Origin: Hemiscyllium ocellatum | Taxonomy: Eukaryota | Direction of reading: 5' to 3' | NCBI RefSeq assembly: GCF_020745735.1 | Contig: NC_083447.1 | Location: 21,408,755-21,472,754, forward strand | DNA: 64,000 nt | Shown here: positions 25,608 to 37,740 of the stretch, in pieces | Numbering within the stretch: the stretch's first letter is position 1 | Layout: each line of letters starts with the position of its first letter | The notes under the pieces: model-generated | Database searches by the model: none | The model's input: the letters and a program-made list of their open reading frames with translations, nothing else | Told to the model about the DNA's origin: nothing | Program-made: the position numbers and the translations under genes

Positions 25608-26035
25608 ATGCATTTAACGCGATGTCTGGCCTGTGTCCTCCTGCTGCTCTGTGAGTGGCCCGCTGGGATAATGTCTTGATTAGTTCAAAATTTGAGCATC
25701 TCCTGAGTTTCAAATTCATTCTGTTCCTCTTCTCCGCAGGTGTAGCCGGCAGCAGAGTTCAGCAAAGTCCATTTGCAACCTCTAAATCCGCTCACGCTTC
25801 CCTCGAAATCCGTTGTTCTGCAAAGGGATCCTTCAGCTCAGAATTCTACTGGTACCGCCAGCTACCAAATGGGGAGCTCTTCCTGCTCTTCTACTCACCG
25901 AACGCTGAGAAAATCGATCCGACCGGGAAAGTAGAAGGATTCACGGCCTCGAGACCCGACGACTCTACTTTCCATTTGCAAACGACCAACCTGCAAAGGA
26001 ACCACACAGGGTTTTATTACTGTGCCTGGCGACTC
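25608..26035 (+). CDS. TRBV: TCR beta V segment V6, intact (CAW family); leader 25608-25650, intron 25651-25739, V exon 25740-26035
   Basis: Leader MHLTRCLACVLLLL then t|GTGAGT; acceptor CCGCAG. V exon VAGSRVQQSP...IRCSAKGSFSSEFYWYRQ...LLFYS...FTASRPDD...GFYYCAWRL. Confidence 0.95.
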
Positions 26036-26074
26036 CACAGTGACACGAGGAACAAGATCAGCATAACAAAAACC
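26036..26074 (+). other. 23-RSS of V6 (perfect consensus)
   Basis: CACAGTG 26036-26042, 23-nt spacer, ACAAAAACC 26066-26074. Confidence 0.97.
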
Positions 26075-26360
26075 CAACGCAACGAAGAACTGAACTAGAC
26101 GCTGCATTGCTGGCCTGGCCCTCGGTTGGGGGTGAGCTGTGAACGGATTGTTGGAAGTGGGGTGTTCTTTACTCCCGCCCCGGAGATGACAACACCAAAG
26201 TTTAGATCCAATCACCTGTTAAGAGAAGACCCCACCTCTACGAGCAGAATATTGGAGACAACAGATCGCACTCAGTGCCCAGAGGTTTGAGATATTCTGC
26301 AGTCAGGTTCAGGGCTCAGTATTTTCACACAAAAATACACGACTGTGTCAGCCTCTGGAA

Positions 26361-27114
26361 ATGTCTCTGTCTCATTTCTGCATTGTGCTGCTGTTCTTAA
26401 CGTGTAAGTTTGTGGTGGACAGCCAGCCTCATTATTCAGTTCAGTGTGTTTCCCGTTTCCTAAATTCATCAGCACTTCTTTTCAGTGTGTTTTCCTCATT
26501 CCCCCCCCCCCCCCCCCGTTTTCATGGCACTGCCGTTCTCCTTTTGCGCGCCATCTCTGTATCTCAGTACTTGCTTGTTTCTTTGTTTTTCTCCTCTGTA
26601 TATCGCTCTGTCTGGCCTTGTATATTTCTTTCTATGTTTGTCTTTGCCTCTATCAATCTCGATTCCTGATTCTCATTTTATCTCTTCTTTCTTTCTTTCT
26701 GGTTGACTCCAAGTCTCTTTTCCTGCCCTTTTCCCTTTCATGCTAAGAATCGAAATGCAAATTGACCCTGACTTTATCTCTCTCTCTCTTCCCCCCAAAT
26801 CCCATCGCTGTTTTACAGATGCAGCGGCCGTTCCGATACAACAGACAACTGCCATTTCACAAACCCCAGGCACTCCAGTTAGCCTGGAGTGTCTTTACAC
26901 AGAAGCTGATGCTAGCTCCTACTTTTACTGGTATCGATGGCATCCTGACCACGAACCCCAATGCCTTTTCTACTCAAACTACCGCGAAATGGTAACTCCC
27001 TCCAGTGAGATTGACGGTTTCAAAGCCAGAAGACCCGATGACACCCATTTTTACTTGGAGTCCTCCGGTCTCTGGGCGAATCACTCGGCCATATATTACT
27101 GTGCCTGGAGTGTT
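26361..27114 (+). CDS. TRBV: TCR beta V segment V7, intact (CAW family); leader 26361-26403, intron 26404-26818, V exon 26819-27114
   Basis: Leader MSLSHFCIVLLFLT then t|GTAAGT; acceptor TTTTACAG. V exon AAAVPIQQT...LECLYTEADASSYFYWYRW...DGFKARRPDD...SAIYYCAWSV. Confidence 0.94.
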
Positions 27115-27153
27115 CACAGTGACTCAGAGAGAAGGAGCAGCTCAACAAAAACT
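27115..27153 (+). other. 23-RSS of V7
   Basis: CACAGTG 27115-27121, 23-nt spacer, ACAAAAACT 27145-27153. Confidence 0.95.
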
Positions 27154-27434
27154 GAAACAAAAGTCCACAGGGGATAACTGTGATATCTGTCTGTCTTCCT
27201 GTCTGCCACCTTTTATCTATCTGATTGCCCATGTATGGGCAATTTTCGTTTCACCAAGATGTGATAAGTGCCATCGGGATCATTGCGGGGGCTTCACAGA
27301 TTTAAACCAATATGAAAGATGAAAAATGCAGGTTTGTTAACTCTCCAGATGACACAAAACCAGGGAAGAAATCAAATTGAAAATGTGTTGCTGGTTAAAG
27401 CACAGCAGGTTGGGCAGCATCCAAGGAACAGGAA

Positions 27435-27470
27435 ATTCGACGTTTCGGGCCAGAGCCCTTCATCAGGAAT
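27435..27470 (-). ncRNA. Minimal type I hammerhead ribozyme in Penelope pseudo-LTR
   Basis: Reverse complement reads ATTC-CTGATGA-A-GGGC-TCTG-GCCC-GAAA-C-GTC-GAAT: intact core, stem II, and stem I (ATTC/GAAT). Confidence 0.8.
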
Positions 27471-28471
27471 GAGGAGAGTGTGCCAGGCAGGCTAAGATAA
27501 AAGGTAGGGAGGAGGGACTTGGGGGAGGGGCGATGGAGATGTGATAGGTGGAAGGAGGTCAAGGTGAGGGTGATAGGCCGGAGTGGGGTGGGGGCGGAGA
27601 GGTCAGGAAGGAGATTGCAGGTTAGGAGGGCGGTGCTGAGTTAAGGGAACCGACTGAGACAAGGTGGGGGGAGGGGAAATGAGGAAACTGGAGAAATCTG
27701 AGTTCATCCCTTGTGGTTGGAGGGTTCCCAGGCGAAAGATGAGGCGCTCTTCCTCCAACAGTCGTGTTGTTATGTTCTGGCGATGGAGGAGTCCAAGGAC
27801 CTGCATGTCCTCGGTGGAGTGAGAGGGAGAGTTAAAGTGTTGAGCCACCGGGTGGTTGGGTTGGTTGGTCCGCGCGTCCCAGAGGTGTTCCCTGAAGCGT
27901 TCCGCAAGTAGGCGGCCCGTCTCCCCAATATAGAGGAGGTCACATCAGGTGCAGCGGATGCAATAGCACATCATCTATTGCATCCGCTGCACCTGATGTG
28001 ACCTCCTCTATATTGGGGAGACGGGCCGCCTACTTGCGGAACGCTTCAGGGAACACCTCTGGGACGCGCGGACCAACCAACCCAACCACCCGGTGACTCA
28101 ACACTTTAACTCTCCCTCCCACTCCACCGAGGACATGCAGGTCCTTGGACTCCTCCATCGCCAGAACATAACAACACGACTGTTGGAGGAAGAGCGCCTC
28201 ATCTTCCGCCTGGGAACCCTCCAACCACAAGGGATGAACTCAGATTTCTCCAGTTTCCTCATTTCCCCTCCCCCCACCTTGTCTCAGTCGATTCCCTCGA
28301 ACTCAGCACCGCCCTCCTAACCTGCAATCTTCTTCCTGACCTCTCCGCCCCCACCCCACTCAGGCCTATCACCCTCGCCTTGACCTTCTTCCACCTATCA
28401 CATTTCCATCGCCCCTCACCCAAGTCCCTCCTCCCTACCTTTTATCTTAGCCTGCCTGGCACACTCTCCTC

Positions 28472-28507
28472 ATTCCTGATGAAGGGCTTATGCCCGAAAC
28501 GTCGAAT
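28472..28507 (+). ncRNA. Minimal type I hammerhead ribozyme in Penelope pseudo-LTR
   Basis: ATTC-CTGATGA(28476-28482)-A-GGGC-TTAT-GCCC-GAAA-C-GTC-GAAT; predicted cleavage after C28503. Confidence 0.82.
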
Positions 28508-28909
28508 TTCCTGTTCCTTGGATGCTGCCCAACCTGCTGTGCTTTAACCAGCAACACGTTTTCAGCTCTGATCTCCAGCATCTGCAGACATCACTTTTTA
28601 CTCGAAGAAATCAAATTATAAAGAAGACAAAGGGAATCTTCGAAAGGTTATATGCAAATAAAAATGTTAAGTAGAATACAATGTGGGACCACATAGAACC
28701 CAACTTCTGTCATTTAGGAAACTTGGGCTCTCGTCATGACGTAGGGGAACACGTGGCCAGGAAATATCATTCAGCTGTAGAAGCATGATTCCGGGTTTCC
28801 CTGTCAATATGTTACCGTGCATCCCTGAAGCTGAGTGTTATGTCGCTGGTACGTTTAGAGCGGTGGTCATACGGTGTATCAACGGTACGGGGCAAATAAG
28901 CAATGTGTG

Positions 28910-29580
28910 GCCACCATAAGACCGTATGACAACAAGATGTAGTAGAAGAGTTAGATCGTTCGGCCCATCGCGTTTTCTCCACAATTTACTCGTGGCTAAT
29001 ACGATTCTCAAACCCATTCTCTTGCCTTCCCTTACTAATCAAGAACTTTTCTGTCTCTAACATAAATACACTCACTGAGTTGGCGTCCGCAGCCCTCTGC
29101 CGAACGAGTTCCACGGATTAACTTCCCTCTGGTTAAAGACGCTACTCCTCATCTCAGTTCTAAAGGATCGTCCCTTCCCTCTGAGACTGTGTTCTCGGCT
29201 CCAAGTTTATCCTGCATGTCCACTCTATCCAAGAATCTCAGTATCCTGTAAGTTTCAACCAGATGCCCCTCATCCTTTTCAACTCCATTCATTACATCCC
29301 CAGAGTTCCACTCTGCATAGGACAAACCATTCATCCCTGGGATCATTGTTATAAACCTCCTCTGGACCCCCTTCAACGACAGCACATTCTTCCTTATATT
29401 AGGGGCAAAAAACTAGTCACTAAATTCTAAGTGCGCTCTGAACAGACCTATACAACCTCAGCAGGATATCTCTACTCTTGTATTCTAGCCTTCTTGAAAT
29501 TAATACCATTTGCCTTCCTAACCATCGACCGAACCTGCATGTTAACCTTAAAAGAATCTTGAAACAGGATTCCGAAATCC
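28910..29580 (-). mobile_element. CR1 LINE 3' fragment
   Basis: Minus ORF GVQRRFITMIPGMNGLSY...LVETYRILR, typical of the CR1 ORF2 C-terminus. Confidence 0.7.
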
Positions 29581-32500
29581 TTTTTGTGCTTCAGATTTCT
29601 AAAGCTTCCCCGCCTCAATTCCTCTTACCAAAGCACTGTTTTAGAGACCCACAACCTAAAGTTGACAAAATGGCCGTTTCGGTTTTTTTCTTAAGCTAAC
29701 ATAAGGGTTGGACAGTCACACACAGCAGATGTTCACAGCTGGTATTGTGGATAAGATGAAATTCTCTGTCGGAAGAAACATTAAGGAAGTTAATCAGGTT
29801 TCTCTGAACACGCACTTCCAAAATGCTTTTTAATAGGAGGCATTTTTGAAAGGCTGAATTTAACCACAGTCCCAAATACCAAATTCGTGTGAAAAGGTTA
29901 GTTGCATTCCTTGAGCAGATTTTGTTGTGAGTAAAGTGGCCCAATGAATTATTAGAGAAGATAAAGTAATACATGTTGCAAACGTTATTTCCAAAACAAA
30001 AACATTTGACACAGGAGGGGAGCAAAGGAAGGTTGTAAAAAGAAAGGTCACCACTGGGGAGAGATAAATGATTAAAACTTTAAGGTAAATGTGGGTAATT
30101 TGAACAGGTTTGTACATCAAACGATCAAGGGAAGAGCGATAAATACAGCTTACAAAATAAACAGTGAAATCCTCTTGTTATTTGTGGAATCTGAACAAGT
30201 TACATTTAATAGCTTGGTAAAGTTGTAAAGTGTTTGAATTTTAGCCTCATCATGCTGTTAAGAATCTTCAAAAACTTTTAAAAATGCATCATAGAAAGCA
30301 TATTATCCGGATGCATTATGGCCTGGTACGTCAATTGTTCTACCTAGGATAGTGTGAAACTATAGAAGATTGTGTGCACAGCGCAAATCAGCAGGGAAGC
30401 CAGTCTTCCATTCATTTTACACCTCTTGTTGCCGCGGAACGGCTGACTAGATCATTAAAGACCTATTCTACTCCAATATTGCTCTCTTACAACCTCTTCT
30501 GTCAGTCAGAAGATACAGAAGCTTGAATATACGCACTAACAGGTTCAAGAATAAATTCTTCCCTGATGAATGGTCTCTCTAACTTCAAATAATGTTAACC
30601 TTGTTAATGTTAATCTTGCTTTGTGCATAACCTGTGCGGTGCAACCTGTAAGCTTCTCTCTGTCCAAGTTTTCTTCACCCTACATATATGATCTTTCTGA
30701 CCCTCTTTACTATGATTTGCCTGTACTGCTTGAAAGCAAAGCTTTTTACTGTAGTTAGGTAGACGTGACAATAAATAAAATGATATCATCAGTAGAATTC
30801 AAATGAATGCTTTCTATTTAAAACAAAACAATTCGATTTGAAACTGTCAAAATTTATTTAATAAATGAAGCTTTGGTTAAAATTTCACTCGCAGCATGCA
30901 AATAACAGGGGGTAATAAACTGTAGGTGCAAGTTGGAAAAATGTTTGATCTTTCAGGCTGAAGAGAGGTTGGCTGTTCTCAACTTTTCAGTTGTGCCAAA
31001 GAACTGTCATAATTTTATATTAGATTTTAAAGACGTTGTAACAATTGGTAGAAATTAATATCCTTCCAAATTTATCGTACTAAAGTTAGTACAGAATGTG
31101 GAAGCCTTCTTCATGATAAGCAAGCTATTAGTAAGTGATGTGTTGCAGCTGGTGAATGTCTGGGAAGCAATATGACCTTCAGAAGCATTGTAAGATTCCA
31201 AAGATAGATGGTAGACATAGCTGGTGAACATCATGACTTTATGGGGGGAGCTAGGGCTCTCTATAGAGTTGTCCATCGTGTATCATATGTTCATTGGCTT
31301 GGATATATAGCTTAAGGGGATGTGGTAAGCAATTACATCAATTAGCATATATTCAATATAATGTGTAAGGTGTAAAAACGTTGTATTCAGCTAGAGGACC
31401 TAGAATGTCACTGACCTCTGATCTGAGCTGTTGAAGGCCAGATTTGGAGTGGTCGTTGGCCTCTTCCACATATGTGGTAATAGAGCTCTGAATAAAAATT
31501 GCTTGTACTGCTGAACACAGGACGTAAGACTCCTCTTAGATATTTTTCTGGAGATCAGTGCACAACCTCACAATTTCACACTCTGTATTCCAGCTGCCAC
31601 ATCTTTGCCTACTCACCTAGTATATCGAAGTCCTTCATAACCTTCTTACTTCTCCAACACCACTTTTCCCTCCACATATCTTTGTGTCATCTGCAAACTT
31701 AGCAAAAATGTCAACAGTTTCTTTGTCTTGGACATTAATGTATAACGTAAATAGTTATGGTCTCAATAGCTGACTCCTATTGACGTCCACTGGCCTTTGG
31801 CTGCCATTCTGATATTGACCCTTTAGTCCGACACTCAGCCTTTTCCGGGTCAGCCAGTCCTCCATCTATAACAAATAGTTCGAGAGAAGCAGTATATCGT
31901 GTTCCATTCTGGATACTGATCAGGCCAATACTTCCTCAGAGGAAATTAGGAAGTCCAAGGCCTAGGGAGGGAAAATGAGTAATATTGTATACTTGTGGCA
32001 AGCCTAACGTCCTCTTTGTAATCTTTCTTTGAACATTTTTCAATGCTGCAGTGCAGGCTCAGTGGGTTTCGTGGCCCTGTCGCAAAATACTTTGCTATGT
32101 GTCAATAAATTAAAGGTACCACATGAATCCAGTTGTTGTTGTTCCCTGCTCCAACATTCATCCACTGCGCCACGAGAGGGGGTTGTTGCCTAACAAGTAA
32201 TTTCGCGCTCGATTTCATTAAGTGTCGCGAATAGGCTTCCTCCTCAAACGAAGATCTTCATCTATATTGTGATTGTGAGTTGCATTCAAGAGGGACAAGT
32301 TAGTGTACGCAAGTGGGATTTAGTTTATAATGTGCTCATATATGGGAGTTTAGATAGAGGAGGATACATAACAAGAATGGAGATATAAGGAGGTAGGTGG
32401 CGAAGGATCTGGGACATGGGGGGTGTGGACATTGGGTAGAGAAGGGCATAGATGTACGAGAATGTCCAAGGTTGTACAGCAGTAGATGGATAGTGACTAG

Positions 32501-32899
32501 GAGGTAGAAACCCCCTATAAGCAGAAAATGTTCATAACCTCGCCTGTATAGGGCCTTGCTCGTTTTCTCAAGAAATATCCACTTGTCATAAAGTCTTCCA
32601 GTGTCAGAACATGTACCGCTCCATCTATTATAACTCCAACCCCACCCCCACCCCCACAAAAAAAAACGCTCAAACTTCGCTGCCGCCGACAAAACTCCCT
32701 TTCCCTGTCCACCGTCTGGTGCCAAAAGTCAAGTCATGAGGAGTATCCGGACAGTTTGCTCAAATGTTGAGTCAACATCACTCGTTTGTTCGCAAAATAG
32801 AAGCATCCGCAGGTTTCTCGAAAAATCGTCAGTGAATCCAGAGAGTGTTGCATAAGGGTGAGGCATAATTGCTACCACTGGCCTGCATGTGAGATCTTT

Positions 32900-33850
32900 G
32901 AATTTTTGTCCCTTTCCAGTGATGAACAGAGTAAGAAATAGATTGAGGAAGAGTAAGATGGAGAGAGAGGGATTACAAACGGAAGTCGACAGTCAGAAAA
33001 GAGAGAAAGAAAAAAGAGAGAAAGAAGGATGACATTGACATTTGGAGAAAATTTGAGTGCCTGATTGACTGAACGAAGCAATAAGCAATGATCAAGGGTT
33101 CGTCTGAAAAAGACAGAAAGAGTGATGAATATTGAGTTAGAAACAAATTGAAGGTAAGCAAAAAATATGTGTTAAGTATTCAGAATGAAAAACAGATAGC
33201 AAAGTAGAATGAGGGAATAAATGAAAGGGCATTAACAGGAAGAAAGAAGATCGTACAATCACATCGCCTTTGGAGCAAAGAAAAAGACTGAGTGAAGGAG
33301 AGATAGAGAGACAAAGAACAAAAGTTGAAAAGAGGTGGAGAGTGACAGAGAGAGTATGAAAGGTAAAAGATTGAGAAATACGTATTAGAAATAAAAAGAG
33401 ACAGTCGAAACAGGAAAAAACCAAAAAAAGACGGTAAATAGAGGGGGAAAATATGAACTGAAAGAAAAAAAACAACAGGATTGGATAGGTAGTTAGAAAG
33501 AAGGTGATGAGTAAACCAGAGGAAGAGACAAGGTCAGCGTTTGAAAAATAAAAGAAGAACTAGAGAAAAAGAAAGATGACAAGAGAGCGATACTGTCAGA
33601 TTTGGGAAGACTCAGAGATAGAAAGTGGAAGGAGCACTCAGAAATAAAATTAGAAGTAGAACCCGAACAGAAGGCTAGTGTGGCACATACAAATACAGAA
33701 GCAAAGATGCTGGAAAATACAGAGAGGCTGAGCTAAAGCAGAGAGAAAGAGAGTAAAGAGGATAAACAAAAGGAAATACAAATGAAAACACACACACACA
33801 GAAAGAGAAAGAGAAGAGAGAGAGAGAGCAAGAGAGAGATAGAACGGGTG
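32900..33850 (+). repeat. Purine-rich (GA-rich) low-complexity tract
   Basis: Strong A/G bias on the + strand; minus-strand ORFs here are F/L/S-rich compositional artefacts. Confidence 0.75.
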
Positions 33851-35329
33851 ATCTGTACTCAGTTCTTTAACCAAGATTAAAAGACAATATTGTAGATTAT
33901 TCAACATCCCCTTAGTCCTACAATCTACTCTGTCCTGACAGTGCCAATGAACATTTTAATTGCAATTACACATATATGTCTGTTTCTGAATGTTATTATC
34001 GAAACTGCATTCCCTTATTCCCTTGCCCCATCTCAACCTCAGTTCCTTTACAAATAAGAACCTAATTTCCTACTGAACCTGCCTTCACCACACTCTCAGG
34101 AAGTGCCTTCCAGATACTGAAAAAGTCCTCTTCTTTTTCCTCTTAAATCGATTTGTTAAAAAAGTTACAAATTCACTAGTGCAACATTACAAGAATACTT
34201 AATTACAGACTCAATAATTCCATTTTGATGTTCTTTCTAATTGAGTTGTTGACCGAGCGCCAATTTATGTCAGCGAACGTTGGCGGTGAATGGCACATGC
34301 TGTGAATTAGGACTCGGGGGGAGAATGGTAGCAGAGATGGTTGTGGAGGGAACGGTGGGGGAAATAGAATGTGGTAAATCAGTATAGTTTTAATTGTTGT
34401 ATGAATTTGTGCATTGCTGGCTAAGCCAACAATTTTTGTACCGCCCAAAATACCCAAAGGGCAGTTAACAGTCAACCACATTGTGGGTTTGGAGTCACAT
34501 TTAAATCAGGCCAGGCAAGGTTGGCAGATATCACTTCCCAAAAGACATGAGTGAAGCGGATAGATTTTTGGGATAATCAACACAATTACCATTAGATTAG
34601 CTTTTTATTTCAGATTTTTGCACAAATGCATTTGCAATATTTGTCATGGTGAAAGCCATGACCTCAGAAGATTATGTTGGTGCTCTGGATTACTAATGCA
34701 ATGGCATTACCAAAATGCCACAACTTCCATTTCGCCATTGGATTAGCCGAGAGTGGAGTTAGCAAAGGCGTGCATGAGAACATCAACAATCAGTGAGCTG
34801 AGAAGGGTTGAAATCAGATGCTAATAGGATCATGGTCTTAATGGATGACATAAAGATGTGTTTTGAAACTCACAGTAGAATATGGCATGCAAGTTGTGCC
34901 TTAGATTGATGCCAAACAGAGGGATTGAGGGAAATGAGTTAGGATAAGGGAGAAAAGACAATGACTTCAGTCTTTGCAATACAGAATGGAAGGGGTACCT
35001 ATAACTGAAGCAAATACAGAACACATGCAAGTGTTGATGTTCACTAACAGCATCAAGAAGAACAGAATGAACACTGAGCCTAATTTGGACCTTCATTATT
35101 AGAAGGGTGAAAATGCAGGATATTCCTGTACTCAAAATATATATGTATTACTAGTATAAAGAGACTTAAGCACTTGAAGACAGTATCACAGCGGATACAT
35201 TTGTATGTTATGCATACAAGTTTAGGAATTACAGGTATCCTGAAATGTGGTGATATTAATGAGAGGTATGCCAACACATGCAAGTAATTAGAGTGTATTA
35301 AGAGCAAGATGATTACTAGGGACAGAGTG

Positions 35330-37740
35330 AGGCCTTTTAGAACCAAAGGGCAATCTGTGTGTGGAGATAGAGGATGTGGGTGAGGTATTGAATTATATTT
35401 TATCTTCTGTATTCGTAAAGGAAAAAATACATTGTTACTGGAGATTTTAGTTGGGATTGTTATATTCTAGGCACGTTATTACTAATAAGGAGTTGTATTA
35501 GATGTTTGAGTTGGCATACAGATGAATACATTGCCAGAGCCTGATGGGAGGAGATTGCTCCATTCCAAGCAGAAATATTTAGTACCTTGTGGTCACAGGT
35601 AGAGTGCCACATCATTGGAGGATAGCTAATTTGGCACCCTTGTTCAAGAAGGGCAGCAGGTGCAGGTCAGTAATTGTAGAACAATCAGTGGTAGGGAAAT
35701 TATAGGAAAAATTTTGAGGGGCACGATTACTCAACTCTTGGAAAGACTAGGCTTGATCAAAATGAATTTGATAGAGTGACATCTTTTCTGACTAACTTGA
35801 TGCAGTCTTTTGAAACTTCTTTAAATATATTGATGACACTAATGCAGTTTGTGTGGTTTATATGAACTTTGACAAGGTCCCACTTGATCCAAATGGTAAG
35901 AAACCATGGCAAACTGGATCCAAATTTGCCTTGTAAATAATGATGCAGCATTATATTTATGACTGGAATCCCGTGACCAACAATGCACCATAGAGATCCT
36001 TGCTGTTATGTACATTAAGATCTGGGTTTGAATGTAGAAGGTAAAATCAGCAAATTTGCAGATGACATCAAAATTGTTTCAAGCTACACTCTGATATTGA
36101 TCAACTGGTAAATTGAGCAGAACAATGACAGAAGGAATTTAATCCCATTAAATGCAATTTTAGAAGTTTAATAAGAGAAGTACAAATACAATGAATGATA
36201 GGTGTCTAGGGATTACTAAGGAGCAAAGGAATCTTGGTGTATAAGTCCATAAGCCCTTGAAGTTGTCAGCGCAGTTAGGGTCGTGAAAAAGCATAGGTAT
36301 GCATACCTCATTAGCTGGAGCATAGAATATAGGAGCACAGAAATCTTCTTGCAACTTTATGAAAAATTGGTTGGGCCACAAATGAATACTATGTGTAGTT
36401 CTGATCACATCAGAAGGATGTAAACAAAAACAGAAGTTGTTGGGAAAGTTCGGCAGGTCTGGCAGCAACTGTGAAAAGAAATTAGAGTTAATGGCTCAGC
36501 TATGGTGACCGTTCCTCTGAAAAGTCATTGGACCCAAAACGTACACTCTGATTTCTTTGTACAGATGTTAACAGAGCTGCTGAGCTTTTTCAGCAAATTC
36601 TGGTTTTGTTTCAATTTACAGCATCCACAGTTCTTTTGATCTTTATTAGAAGAATGTAATTGCACTGGAAAAGTTGCAAAAAGATTCACCAGGTTGTTGT
36701 CTGGGATGGAAAGTCTCAGTTATGAGGAGAGACTAGATTGGTTGGGTTTATTTCCCCTGCAGTAGAGGAGGCTTGGTGGGAAATGTGGCGGGATGGGGGA
36801 AGGCAAAGGCGGGGTAGAGCTGAAATCTGATTTAGACATGCAAAATTATGAAAGGCAAAGTCAGGATAGATCAGGAGAATCTTTTCCTCATAGAGCATTG
36901 GTGAGGGCATTTTTGAAGTACTACATACAATTCTGGTCACCCTTCTACAGGAAGGACTTTTCTATACTTTAGAGGATGCAGAAAAAAAATCATAAGTGTG
37001 TTGACTTGACTGAAGGGTTTGAACTAAAGGCAGTGGCTGATTAGGCTGTGGCATTTTTCCCTGGAGTGTCATGGACTAAGGGGTGAACTTATACAGGTTT
37101 ATAACATGATGGAGGGCATGGATGGGACGAATAGCCAAGGTGTTTCTCTTGTGGTGAGGAAGACCAAAACTAAAGGGCAGAAGGTGAGAGCGGAATGATT
37201 TTAAAAAGACCTGAGGGATAACATTTTCACGTAGAAGGGAGTAGGGAATGATCTGCCAGATGACGTGGTGGAGACGGGTAAAATTTTAATGCTTAAAAGG
37301 CATCTGAATTGGTATATGAATAGGAAGGGTTTAGATGGATATGGGCCGAAAGCTGAGAAATAGGACTGCATCAGATTGGGATGCCTGATTAGCTTGGATG
37401 AGTTGGACAGAAACATCAGTTTCCATGCTCTATGGTTCTATGACTCGATGTGTCCCAGACCAGGTGGTATAAGTTTAAGGTGAGGAGTAAGTCGTTTAGA
37501 GGGAATCTGAGGAAAAATGGTCTTGAGCAGAGGATAGTAGAAATACGGAAAGCAGAGCCTGAGAGGATGGTGGAGGCAGATACTCTCACAACATTTAAGA
37601 AGCATCTGAATGTGCACTTAAAATGTCAGGGCATTGAAGGCTAAGGAACAAATGCAAGTAAATGGATTAAGTGCTGTTTATTGGTCAGCATAGATATGGT
37701 GAGCTGCAGGATTTTTTTTTCCTGTTCTCTATGACTCTGA
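35330..37740 (+). mobile_element. Degenerate CR1 LINE fragments
   Basis: RT-region remnants (gactttgacaaggtccc, tttgcagatgacatcaaaattg) and 3' ends with CTATGACT-type tails at about 37440 and 37735. Confidence 0.65.

Larger units (their letters stand above)
27379..28603. mobile_element. Palindromic Penelope-like insertion (two inverted 3' fragments) with 14-bp TSD
   Basis: Arms 27379-27966 (minus) and 27975-28563 (plus) are inverted copies encoding the GIY-YIG C-terminus (QHFNSPSHSTEDMQVLGLL...EEERLIFRLGTLQPQGMN). TSD GAAGAAATCAAATT at 27365-27378 and 28604-28617. Confidence 0.92.

Noticed and set aside
1803-27153. Interpreting the V segments as IgH, IgNAR or NAR-TCR V
   Set aside because: They have TCR-type WYRQ/FYS/CAW or CAAS motifs and 23-RSSs, no associated D-J-C clusters, and they face a C-beta.
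32973-33907. Several Phe/Leu/Ser-rich minus-strand ORFs (also 43924-44380)
   Set aside because: They are translations of purine-rich low-complexity DNA.
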